Source: Reclinomonas americana ATCC 50394 (taxonomy: Eukaryota). From it: a DNA stretch of 33,403 nt. Of this stretch, positions 11,348 through 23,000 are shown one piece after another. The translations under genes were made by a program, and so were the position numbers. A model generated the notes under the pieces. The model was not told the origin of the DNA. It searched no databases and saw only the letters and a list, made by a program, of their open reading frames with translations. Numbering within the stretch: the first letter of the stretch is position 1; the number at the start of each line of letters is the position of its first letter. Location of the stretch: NCBI GenBank assembly GCA_048213135.1, contig PS015716.1:1-33403 (forward strand), read 5' to 3'.

Positions 11348-12246
11348 AATCGACAGACACGATGAAGCCAGCAAACACGCCTAGCAATTCTCTCAGACTC
11401 CATAAGAGATACAGGCGACACGGAAACCAGCAAGCACAACGACCACCGCCCCTTTCCTCCTCGATCTCCTCTGCAGTCGCCGGAAGGAAGTACCAGAAGC
11501 CAGCGAACAGACCAAGCAATTCTCTCAGATACAGGTACTGTCGATCTCTGATCCACTTCTCCTCCTTTTCTTGATCGAAACGAGTGCGGTAGAAGCCAGC
11601 GAATACGCCAAGCAATTCTCTCGGTCACAGCAACGTAGATACAATCGATGATCCTTGTCTTCTCCTCGCTCTCCTCTGCAATCGACAAAAGCAAGGGCCA
11701 GAAGCCAGCGAACACGCCCAGCAATTCTCACAGACTCCACAACAGATACAGGTACTGTCGATCCCTGATCCCCTATCCCTCGTTTTCCCTCTTACAATCG
11801 ACAGAAACGAGTGCGGTAAAGCCAGCGAACACGCCCGGCGATTCTCTCAAACTCCACAAGAGATACAGGCGACACAGAAACCAGCACATACAATCGATCT
11901 CCCTTCTCTTCTCCCCATATCCTCCCCACCCTCCTCCCCTCCTGCACACTCACCGATACCGCCGCGGCTCATCACACACAATGACCACGCGCATTGACCA
12001 CCCATCCCCGTCATCTCCGTCATCATCATTCCTCGCAGCAGCACTCTCCCTTCGCACCGCTCCCAACAACAAGTGTCGCGTCACTCGCTGCACCACTCGC
12101 ACACTCATCTCCGTCACCAACGACTCCATCAAGCGCACTTCATCATCATCATCATCGCCATTGCTCTTGTCACGCTGATGCTGCTGTCGCCCAACTTTCA
12201 CAATCTCAAACTCCACTGAACACATAGTGAGAGTGAGTTGCTCCAT
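7080..12246 (-). CDS. Large, mostly disordered protein with two LOTUS/OST-HTH-like domains and a C-terminal 29-aa tandem repeat array
   Basis: ATG at 12246 (MEQLTLTMCSVEFEIVKV...). About 10-11 exons join in frame through the ORF pieces 11950-12246, 10301-11005, 10419-10607, 10032-10301, 9339-9959, 9100-9513 and 7080-9167; TAG at 7080-7082. LOTUS-like segments: EVRQQFFEWTRTEYDALGMGPLEDLLR and VLRSALARNTLTIGQLAVQVVKSYGYPFERIGWGPLRPFLLRYPGVF. Confidence 0.75.
7295..8475 (-). repeat. Coding tandem repeat, about 87-nt / 29-aa unit (SGPSAENVSAAASALRSAMPRRSSPPPAA), 13 full copies plus 1 partial
   Basis: Counted in the 7080-9167 translation. Copies differ largely at synonymous sites. Confidence 0.95.
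11275..11346. repeat. (TG)n microsatellite, intronic
   Basis: Directly visible. Confidence 0.95.
11364..11890. repeat. Degenerate intronic repeat, five copies of a 30-nt core aagccagcgaacacgccnagcaattctctc
   Basis: Copies at about 11364, 11496, 11592, 11701 and 11819, with partly shared flanks (agatacaggcgacac or agatacaggtactgtcgatc). Lies in intron 10920-11953. Confidence 0.85.
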
Positions 12247-12458
12247 TTGTGCGCGTTTTTCTCATCACACACTCAAAAAACCTTCTTGTTCTTCGCCTCC
12301 TGATCGCTTTTTCGCGGGGGAAAGCAGTGTGGCGGTGATTAGGCGTGCATAGGCGTCGCTTTGTGTGGTGTGTTTCGTGTTGGTGTGCTCCACAAACGCC
12401 GCAACGCGCATTCTTTGTGAGTGAGTTTGTCCTGTGACTTCGGGAGAATATTGCAAGT

Positions 12459-13110
12459 GTGGAGGAGGATGGAGTCGATTTATCATTAGAGGATTGTCGG
12501 GCGTTGATGGGTGGCGATGTGCTGTCTGTTGTGGAGACTCGGGCGGCTGTGGAAAAGGGAGACGAAAAAACTATGCGACGTCGACAACTGACGTCGACCA
12601 TGCAGAAACTGTTTTCACAACAGCAACTCTGCGGGCTGTGTACCCTCTTCCCTTGATCCATTACACCTTTGTGGATATCTATCCTCAAATTTCGATATTG
12701 ACTTCGCCAGAGCTGACAGCTTTGCTTACTTTGCTTATCCGATGGACGTGTTGCGTACGATCGCGGAAAACACTAAAGTGCGTCGTCCACTGGTCAACCA
12801 CCACTATGCCCAATCGTTGCCCTCTGCCCTATCGCCCCTCCGCTTTGCCCCTTGGCAGCTCAAACTTGCTTCAATAAATCACCTGTATAACGCGCGCGCA
12901 AGCCCACATCACACAAATCCATCATCTCCAGTCCGACGCCCTTCCTCCACGTCCTTCCATGCCATCATGCGCACCGCGACATTGGGCAGATTCATTTCAA
13001 CAACCGCCACCTCTGCCAAACGAGTCGCATTCAACGGTGACCACTTGCTCATGGGGGAGAGGAAAGGAATACAAATAGAGAGAGAGACAGAGAGAGGCGA
13101 GAGACGATAA
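12459..13110 (+). CDS. Hypothetical spliced protein with weak resemblance to the RNA polymerase Rpb4 family
   Basis: Segments EEDGVDLSL..DVLSVVETRAAVEK..QLTSTMQKLF, ADSFAYFAYPMDVLRTIAENTK, a GTGCGT...CAG intron, LKLASINHLYNA, and PSSTSFHAIM..LGRF..KRVAF. The start (first in-frame ATG is 12507) and two junctions are uncertain. Confidence 0.3.
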
Positions 13111-13143
13111 CTAAACCCCTCGCCATCATCGCTGCTAGCACAC

Positions 13144-14067
13144 TCACGTGAAGTCGCATGTGTAGAGAATCTCCAGCGCTGCGGCCGCATTCAGCGCGCA
13201 GACCGGGAGCAGCGGGTCAAAGACCACAGCTGCGGCGTTGAGCTGGCAGCGGTCGCCTTCGGAGACAATCGGAATGTCGCAGAGGCCTTGCAGCACGGCA
13301 AGCGCGTTGTCGTCGCTGGCCGGCGCATTGCAGTTCGGGTTCAGTCCCGGGCACGTGGAGGCCACAATCGGCGGGAATGCCGGATTGATGGCCAGCGAAC
13401 CCGAAGCGAACGTGGCGTGCAACACCGAGATCGACGAGCCCACCGGGCACTGGTTCAGGTTGAACGATGCGTGACCGCAAGTGACGCTCAGGAAAGCATC
13501 GCAGTCGCCGTTGACGCCAAACGCGACGCCGTCGTTGAACACCAACGTGTCGCACACGCAGTCGCCGCTGGCGTCGCACTGGCCGTGACTGTTGCATGTG
13601 TCGCTGCCAGTGCCGTCGGAAACGCAGTGCTTGGTGCATGCCATGGCAGCTGTGCGTGCAGGTCAGCCAACACGAAGAAAGGGTAAAGGGGAACGAATGA
13701 AGTGGACGCAACCCGGCGGCGCTGGGTAGTAGTTGGTCGCGCACTCGTTGCAGAAGTCGCCGCCAAAGTTGCCAGTGCATGAGCACTCGCCACTTGGCAG
13801 GCAGGTGCCGTGGCCTAATTGACAGCAAACGCAGTGAGCACTCTCGTGCAGAATTTCGTCTCGCTGCTGAATCATCACGCTGCCGAGTAAACCAATGTCT
13901 CTAACACACACACACGACGACGACCTATACAACAACAGAGAGCCATTCTAACTCACAATCCAAACTCTTACACACTCTCTCAAACACAGCGACATTTTGG
14001 ACAAATAATTAGAGTCACCCTGAAATCGATCTCGCAGTCTCGATCACACTCACCCATCAACATGCAC

Positions 14068-14098
<31 letters not shown>

Positions 14099-17000
14099 CC
14101 GCAGAAAGAAACAACGAGTCTATCTCCGCATCTCATTCCCGTGACGCGTTCTTGCTCGTACACACACAACAGCAGGAATAAACATCACACAACCCCGCAA
14201 GATCTGTGCTCATCACTGTCGAACTTGCGCTCTCTCTCTCTCTCTCTCTCTCTTGCACACGGGCACGCAAAGCAAACAGCAACAAATACCACACACAACC
14301 TCGCAAGATCTCTGCACCTCACTGACAATCTCATACAAACACAACACCCACAGCCGTCACCAGCGACAACAACAGCAGTTGTAGCTAACGACAATATGAC
14401 TGCAAACGAATAACACCACACGTGTGCTCTCTGCCGCCTTTGCTCATTTCTCTCACCGACACGCGTATCCTGTCGCTCGAATTCCTTCCCCCTACCCCTC
14501 CCCTTTCCCTTCCCTTTCCCGTCCCCCTTATATATCCCCCTCCCTCACCGTTGCAGGTGACGGCATCGCTGCAAGCGCAATCCGAACCACCGAATCCAGG
14601 ATCGCACAGGCACGAGCCATCCGGCTGGCATGAACCGTTGTTGTTGCAGTCGACCGCCGACTGGCACATGCAGTTGGGGCCGCCGAATCCCGGGTTGCAC
14701 AGGCAGGAGCCATCGGGGGCGCAAACGCCACCGTTGTTGGCCTGGTTGCAGGAGCCGACCAGATCGGCGGGGAACGGACCGTGCGCGGCAATAACAGGAT
14801 GGCACTCGCAGTTTGCTCCGCTCCAGCCCATCGGGCACACGCAGGCACCGGTGCGCGAGTTGCAACCTTGTCCGTAGCTGCAATGACACAAACACAAGTG
14901 AGTTTCCTCTACCCGGCCAACTCAGCCACCACAGCACAGTTGCTTACCAGGTCTGATTCTCGTTGCAATTGCACGAGTCGCCGAACCAATCGCGGTCGCA
15001 GTCGCAATCCGTGTCGTCGAACTCGCTGCACGAACCGTGGTTGCTGCACGTACTGGCTTGCGAGCAAGAGCACGTGGGTCCGCCAAAGCCAGGCGGGCAG
15101 TAGCAAGTGGTGCCGCTCGGGTCGCACTCCGTAAAGTTCGAGCACGACGTGTTGTCGCACGAGCAATCGATGCCACCAAACGGCGGGTTGCAGCTGCAAC
15201 CATCGTTGGCGAGGCTGCATGCACCGTGCGGCGGCAACAAATCGGCGCCGCAGTTCAAATCCTGGCACGTGCAGGTGAGGCCACCGAACGGGGCCTGGCA
15301 GATGCATGCACCGTTGGTGCCGAGCTGGTCGCACGAGCCACCGCTGTTGATGGAGTTGCAGTCGGTGAGCACGTTGCAGCCGCAGTCGAGACCCGTGAAT
15401 CCAAGATCGCATTCGCACGAGCCATCCGACCTGCATGAGCCGTGACCTGTACACACCGATTAGCGACGCCAGTGAAGAGGTGAAGCAGCACAAAGGAGAG
15501 GCGACTTAACCATTGCAGTCGTCAGCATCGCTGCACGAGCAGTTCGGGCCACCGTAGCCGACAAAGCACTCGCAGTTGCCGTCAGTGCCGCACTGACCAC
15601 CGTTCGGGCCGTTGCACAAGGCGTCCACGCACGAGCAATCGGGACCACCAAAGCCTGCCTGACACGCGCAGCTGCCATCCGGCTGACATGAACCGTTGCC
15701 GTTGCACGTGCTCTGATCCGAGCAGCTGCAGTCCACGCCGTTGAAGCCGGCAAGGCAGACGCACTGGTTGATCGAGGTGGGATCGCAGAAGCCAGCAACC
15801 GGAGAGCCGCTACAAAACGATCCCAACAGTGAGAAAACAAACTTGACAGAAACACCTTTTGCGAAAAGGCGAGTGTCTCTTACCAGCCCGCCTCCACGCA
15901 GGAGCAGTTGAGGCCGCCAAAGCCAGTGTAGCATTCGCACAGGTGGGTGCCAGCGTTGCAAATGCCATTGTTGTTGCAGTCCACGTCCTGCGAGCACGAG
16001 CCGACGCAGGCGTCGTTGCATTGCGGGCCGCACAGACCGTTCTGCAAGAGGAGGGAAAGGGGGGGTGAGACACGCCAATAAACACAATGTCTCTAAGTGC
16101 ATTCATGGGAGAGACGCAACCGAGCACTGCGAGCAGTCCGTTCCGCCATAGGGTGCAAAGCTACGCAGCGCCCACACAGAGTCAGCATAATGCACACAAC
16201 AAAGCACTGCAACGCGGACAGCTCACCAAGAGCACGAGGCATCCGGATTGCAAGTACCGTGTCCGCTGCACGACTCCACCGGGCGGCACTCGCAGTGCGG
16301 TCCGGCAATGCCCGGGTTGCACTGGCACATGCCGCTGATGCACTGGCCGTTCGACTGGCCATTGCAATCGAGGTCGCTGGCGCAGTTGCCCGGTGGCGGT
16401 GGTGGCGGTGGCGGCGGCGGTGGGGGCGGCGGCGGAGTGTTGCAGATTTCATCGCAGTTGGCTCCGCACAGACCGTTCTGTCGAGGCGCAAGAGTACATG
16501 AGAACACGGATAGAAAGGCTTGCACAAGAAAAGAGGCAGGCGACGCAACAATGCACGCCTCGCAGAAGGTGCCGGCCCAGGTTTGAGAGAAGCTGTACAG
16601 AGACGGAAAAAGTGAGCGGGCACACGCAGAGGCACTCTCTTGTTCTCAAAAAATGTCTCACCACTGGCACGATCCGTCGGCATTGCAAGTGCCGTGGCCA
16701 TTGCAGGTCTCCACCGGGCGGCAAGAGCACTGCGGACCGCCAATGCCTGGGTTGCAGAGGCACTGTCCGTTGATGCACTGTCCGTTGGCGAGACCGTTGC
16801 AGTCGAAATCGCTGCTGCACGACGAGTTCGGGTTGGGCGTCGGCGTCGGCGGGCACAGCTGGTCGCAGTTTTCGCCGCAGAGGCCATTCTGCGATCACGG
16901 CAGGTGAGAAGAGTTGCCGAGGGGCAAGAAAAGGATGGCACGCAAGTGACGCAACAATGCAGAGCTCGCAAAACTGGCCCACCCACTGGTTGTCGAAGCT

Positions 17001-20000
17001 GTCTCGCAAAAAAAAGAGGGGACAAACATGAGTGTCTTGCCTCTATCTTTCACACACTCTGAGAAGATTGCACACGACTGACCAGTCGCAAGTGCCGTCA
17101 ACGTTGCACGTGCCGTGACCGTTGCAGGTCTCGACAGGGCGGCACGAGCACTGCGGGCCGCCAATGCCCGGATTGCACGCGCATTGACCATACACGCACT
17201 GCCCGTTGGCGGGTCCATTGCAGTCGGCGTCAATGTCGCATGATCCATCACCGGCAGTCGGCGGAATAGGCGGCGGGCACACTTGGTCGCACTGCGAACC
17301 GCAGAGTCCATTCTGATAGAATTCGAGGGGATGTGAGATTACTGAAAACAAAGAGATCTCTCCACCCATGTCAAAGGAGACGCAACGACACACAGCTCGC
17401 AGTTGGCGCCGAACCACCACTGGCTGAAGCTGTGCGTTGCAATGAAGAAATGAGAAGTTGTGCGGACACATCACAGACAAGAAGCTAGTGGGCACGCACC
17501 ACTCGCAAGATCCATCCGGATTGCACGTGCCGTGGCCACTGCAAGTCTCGACAGGGCGGCACTCGCAGTGCGGGCCAGCAATGCCCGGGTTGCACACGCA
17601 CGATCCGTTGATGCACGCGCCATTCGACTGGCCGCCGCAGTCGTCGACGGTGCTGCAAGTAGTCTGCGGCGGCGGAGGCGGCGGGGGCGGAGGCGGGGAC
17701 GTGCACGGCAAGCTGCACTGCGGGCCACAGAGTCCATTCTGGGTGCGCGAAGGAGTATAAGTATTAAAGCAACAGAGGCCTGCCTGAATGTAGAGTTGGG
17801 GGTGTGAAAGACGCAACGACACACTGGTCGCAAGTCGATCCCGTCCACCACTGGAAGCTGCAGAAAATGAAAAAAAGTCAGAACGGTGGCTCATCTTCCC
17901 CACAGCACAGGATACATACCAGTTGCAGGTTCCGTCGTCGTTGCAGGTGCCCTGACCGTGGCAAGTCTCCACCGGGCGGCACGAGCAGTTGGGACCACCA
18001 ATGCCCGGGTTGCACACGCAGTGACCGTTCACGCACTGGCCGTTCGACTGACCACCGCAGTCGGCGATGGTGCTGCACGAGCCGCCAGTGGTCGGCGGAG
18101 GCGAGCACGGCTCGCTGCAGGTGTTGCCGCACAGTCCGTTCTGATGAAAAACGAGCGCATTGAGAAAAGCAAAACACAAGTGAAGCACAAAAGAAGTCCA
18201 AAACGCAACGACGCAAGTCTCGCAGTGAGCTCCAGTCCACCACAGGTTGTTGCTGCGCGCGGTCATGGGTTTAGGAAGATAGAGCGAGTTTGCAGGGTGA
18301 TTGCACACAAACCATTGGCACGTTCCGTCGGGGTTGCAAGTGCCGTGGCCATTGCAAGTCTCGACCGGGCGGCACTCGCAGCTGGGGCCTCCAATGCCCG
18401 GGTTGCACTGGCAAGCGCCATTGACGCATGTGCCGTTCGACTGGCCGTTGCAATCCAAGTCGGTGACGCACGACGACACAATGTACGGCACGTCCGGCGG
18501 CGACTCGATATCCGGCGGCGAGTCGCACGGTGTGTCGCAAGCGTCGCCACAGAGACCATTCTGCACGAGGGGAAAAGATTGATGTGAGAATGAAGACACA
18601 ACAACGGCAAGCGCACACGAATGCGCAACGATGCACAGCTCGCAGTGAGCACCATCGTGCCACGAATCGTTGCTGTCAGCGATAAACAACATCAGAAAAC
18701 GCTGATGCGGGAAAAGTCGTTTGCCACAAAATCATACCACACGCAGTTGCCCTCGGCGCTGCAAGTACCGCGGCCGTTGCACGTCTCCACCGGGCGGCAC
18801 GAGCAAGTCGGTCCACCAATGCCCGGGTTGCAGTTGCACACGCCATTGACGCAGCTGCCGTTCGCCTGGCCACCGCAGTCGGCGTCGGTGACGCACGGAT
18901 TCGGGTTCGGCGTCGGCTCGACGCACTCGTCGCTGCACGTCGGTCCGCACAGGCCATTCTGTGGATGCCAGTAAGCACGACTGAGGGAGAAAGCAAAGGA
19001 TCAAGAAAGCGTACCGTGCAGGTCTCGCAGAACTCGCCAGTCCACCAGTTGTTGTTGCTGCGTAGAAAAAAACAGTCGTGAGAAGACCAGCAGACAAGAG
19101 TCGCATTAAAATAATCACGTCGTTCACACACACGCACCAGTTGCAAGTGCCGTCCTGGTTGCACGTGCCGTGGCCATTGCAGGTCTCGACAGGGCGGCAA
19201 CTGCAGTGCGGACCGCCAATGCCCGGATTGCAGATGCAAGAACCCAGCACGCAGTGGCCGTTCGATTGTCCACCGCAGTCGTCATCGGTGATGCAGCTGG
19301 CATCCGGGAACGGCGGCGGCGGTGGCGGCGGAGGCGGCGGCGGGGGCGAGTCGCACGGCAAGTCGCATGCCGGACCGCACAAGCCGTTCTGGGTGGGTGA
19401 AAGGGCGAGTGTCAACACAAGTCCCCCTTATCCAACCACATCCTATCTCCACGTTACGCAACCACGCAGTTCTCGCAGTACGCGCCAGTCCACCATTGCG
19501 GGAAGCTGTGTGACGGGATGTGTAAGTCAAGGTGTCTGGAGAGAGAGTGACGACGCGCTGCACCACCAACCAGTTGCACGAGCCGTCGGCGTTGCAAGTG
19601 CCATGACCGTTGCAGGTCTCGACGGGGCGGCACGAGCAGTTGGGTCCACCAATGCCCGGGTTGCACTGGCACGAGCCCTGGATGCAGCGGCCATTCGACT
19701 GGCCGTTACAGTCTTCGTCGGAGGAGCAGACGCCGTTGTTTGGCGGCGGGGGTGGCGGGGGTGGGACAGAGCACGGTTGGTCGCAGGCGTCGCCGCACAG
19801 ACCGTTCTGGGGAGGAGAAGGGATGTGAGGAAGGGGGAAGGGGGGAGAGGGGGAGGGGGAGAGGGAGAGGGAGAGGGGGAGAGGGAGAGGGAGAGGGGGA
19901 GAGGGAGAGGGAGAGGGAGAGGGAGAGGGAGAGGGAGAGGGAGAGGGAAGAGGGGGAGGGAAGAGGGAAGAGGGAAAAGAAAGAAGGGTGAGGGAGACGG

Positions 20001-23000
20001 AGACGGAGACGGAGAAGGAGACGGAGAAGGAGACAGAGAGGGAGAGAGGACGATGAAGGGGGAAGATTGAGAAGGGAGGAAGAGAGAATGAAGAGAGGAG
20101 AGATGAGGGGATATTAGATAGAACGAGAATGAGGGAAGCGGGCGATGGAGAGGAATGACGGAGAGAACAATGAGGAAGAGGCAACGAAGACATATGCAAA
20201 GGATAAATGGGAAGCGAATGATACTTGACATAACGAAGAGAGGAGGAGGGTGAGCGAGAATGAGGAAAGGAGCACGGAAATGCAATGCAAAGGAATAAAA
20301 GAGCGCTGCAAGGGGGACGAGAGAGACACTGAGGAGGCAGCGCAAGAGAGCAGGGCTGGAAACGAGAGAGAAAGAGCGTCACACAAAGAGGAAGCAAATG
20401 GAAGGGCAAAATCAAAACCAGAGCGATTGTGCAATGCAGAGTAAGTGAGTCACTTGTGAACAACGAAACGATGCAGTACTGGCAGTTGGAGCCGGAGTAC
20501 CACTGCGCGAAGCTGTGCACAAATAAAGCAGTCAGAATCGCACACAAGAAGCAAACATAGACTGCTGTGAACACACACCAGTTGCACGTTCCATCGCTGT
20601 TGCAGGTGCCGTGACCGTTGCAGGTCTCCACGGGGCGGCACTGGCAGTTGGGACCATTGATGCCCGGGTTGCAGACACACTGTCCAGTGACACAAGTGCC
20701 GTTGGCGAGGCCACCGCAGTCATCGTTGGTGGCGCACACCGGCGTCGGACCAGGCGGCGGGGGAGGCAATTCGGTATTGCAGTCGTCCAGGCAGTTGGGT
20801 CCGCACAAGCCGTTCTGTGAGCGACGAGTGAGGGATGAGGAAGAAGAAGCTGGGTGAAAATGGACATTGGTTGAGCACGAAACGATGCACAGCTCGCAGT
20901 TGATGCCAACCCACGAGGCGTTGCTGTTGGGGACGAGCGGGTAAGAAGAAGGGGGACAGGTAGAAGAGAGAGATCCCAATGAAGCAAACGCACCATGCGC
21001 ATGTGCCATAGATGCAGTAGCCGTTCATCGGGCCGTTGCAGTCCGCATCAAGCACACAACCCTCCACCTGAGGACCGTTGTTGGGTGGCGGTGGCGGTGG
21101 CGGTGGCGGCGGCGGTGGCGGTGGTGGTGGCGGAGGCGGAGGCGGGATGGGCGAGCACGGGTCGCCGCAAGTCGGGCCGCAGAGGCCGTTCTGCGTATTG
21201 CACACACGCGTTAAGAATCGACACGGCACAAAGACAAGCGGCTTCGGGCAACGCAACGACGCAGTTCTCGCAGAACGAGCCAGTCCACGACCCGAAACTG
21301 CGCAACACATGAAAATAGTGAGCATCACAACAGATCAACGACCAGTAATATGACGGGGACACATAACCAGTTGCAGCTGCCGTCATTGTTGCACGTGCCG
21401 TGACCATTGCAGGTCTCCACCGGGCGGCACTGGCACTGCGGACCACCAATGCCCGCGAAGCAGACGCACGAGCCGTTGATGCACTGTCCGTTGTTCGGGC
21501 CATTGCAGTCGGCGTCCTTGGAGCAGTTGGACGGTGGCGGTGGCGGCGGCGGCGGTGGCGGAGGCGGCGGTGGGTTCGACTCGCACGACTGATCGCACTG
21601 CGCGCCGCACTGGCCGTTCTGCGCAGAAGGGAAAGGGTGAGGCAAGAGGGGATACATGGAAACACATGCGTGTGGAGTGGTGCAACTAACCGAGCACTGC
21701 TCGCAGTGAGAGCCAGTCCATTGCTGGTGGCTGCTTATGATTGTGAGCGGAGATAAAGGCAAGACACGCAAATCCCCCTACAAACCAGTTGCAAGTGCCG
21801 TCGGTGTTGCACGTGCCGTGGCCGTTGCAGGTTTCGACCGGGCGGCACTGGCACTGGGCGCCGCCGAGGCCGGTCTGGCACACGCACTGACGGGTGACCG
21901 GGTTGCACAGGCCATTCGGGTAGTTGCAGTCGGTGTCGTTGCTGCACTCGCCGACAGGGATCGGGTTCTGGCACGGAGTGTCGCACTGGGCGCCGCACAG
22001 GCCGTTCTGCGATGAAGGATTAGGGGAAGGGAAAGGGAGGCGGAGGGGGAAAGGGAGGTGGAGAGGGAAAGGGAGGTCGAGAGGGAAAGAGAGTGGTGAA
22101 AGGGGAGGAGAAAGGTTAAGGGAGGTAAAGAGGGAAAGGAGGCGGAGGGGAAGGTGAAAAGGATAGCGTCGAAGGGAGAGTGGGAGAGAGCGAGATGGGA
22201 AGGGGAGTGAAAGGGTGAGTGTGGCTGAGAGTTGAGAGAGCGAGTGAGAACGAATGCGAAGTGGCTGAAGGTGACTCTTCGAAAAGTGGATAGAACGAGG
22301 GGGTCAAGCAAGAGGTGTGGCTGAGGAGGAGTGAAAAGACAACGAAGATGAACGCACGCAATATGTCCAGGAGCGGTGTGAACTGGGAAGGTTGCACACG
22401 ATACTGAGGAAACTAACCTCTGACAAGCACAGAACGAAAGGATCGCAGAGCGAGACACAGTTGAGAAGTCGAAGAGATCACAAGGGACAACAGAGATATT
22501 GAGGATGAGTGAGATAACCAACGCACACTGATGAGACATATCACACACTCGCCCCTCCCTCCCTTCCCACCCCAACGCAACGACGCAAATCTCGCAATGC
22601 GCTCCAGTCCACCAGGTAGTGTTGCAGTCGCAGCTTCCGTCGGGCTTGCACACACCGTGACCACCGCACGTCTCCACCGGGCGGCACTCGCAACGAGGGC
22701 CGGCAATACCCGGCAGGCACTGGCACGATCCGTTGATGCACGAGCCGTTGTTCGGGCCATTGCAGTCGGCGTCGTTCGAGCACACGAACGGCGGCGGCGG
22801 CTGGTTGCACGACGTGTCGCAGTTCGCACCGCACAGGCCGTTCTGCACGCAGAGGGGAAATGAGTCACTGTGTTTATATGTGAAGGCAAGGGAGGCAGAT
22901 GCGACAACGCAACAGCACAGCGATCGCAGCTCACGCCAGTCCACTGAGGATAACTGAGCGACAGAGGGAGTGTGAGTAACAACCTTTCAAGACCATGCAT

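Noticed and set aside
11364-11890. CRISPR-like repeat-spacer array
   Set aside because: Repeats are degenerate, spacers are long, uneven and related to each other, there are no cas genes, and the context is a eukaryotic intron.
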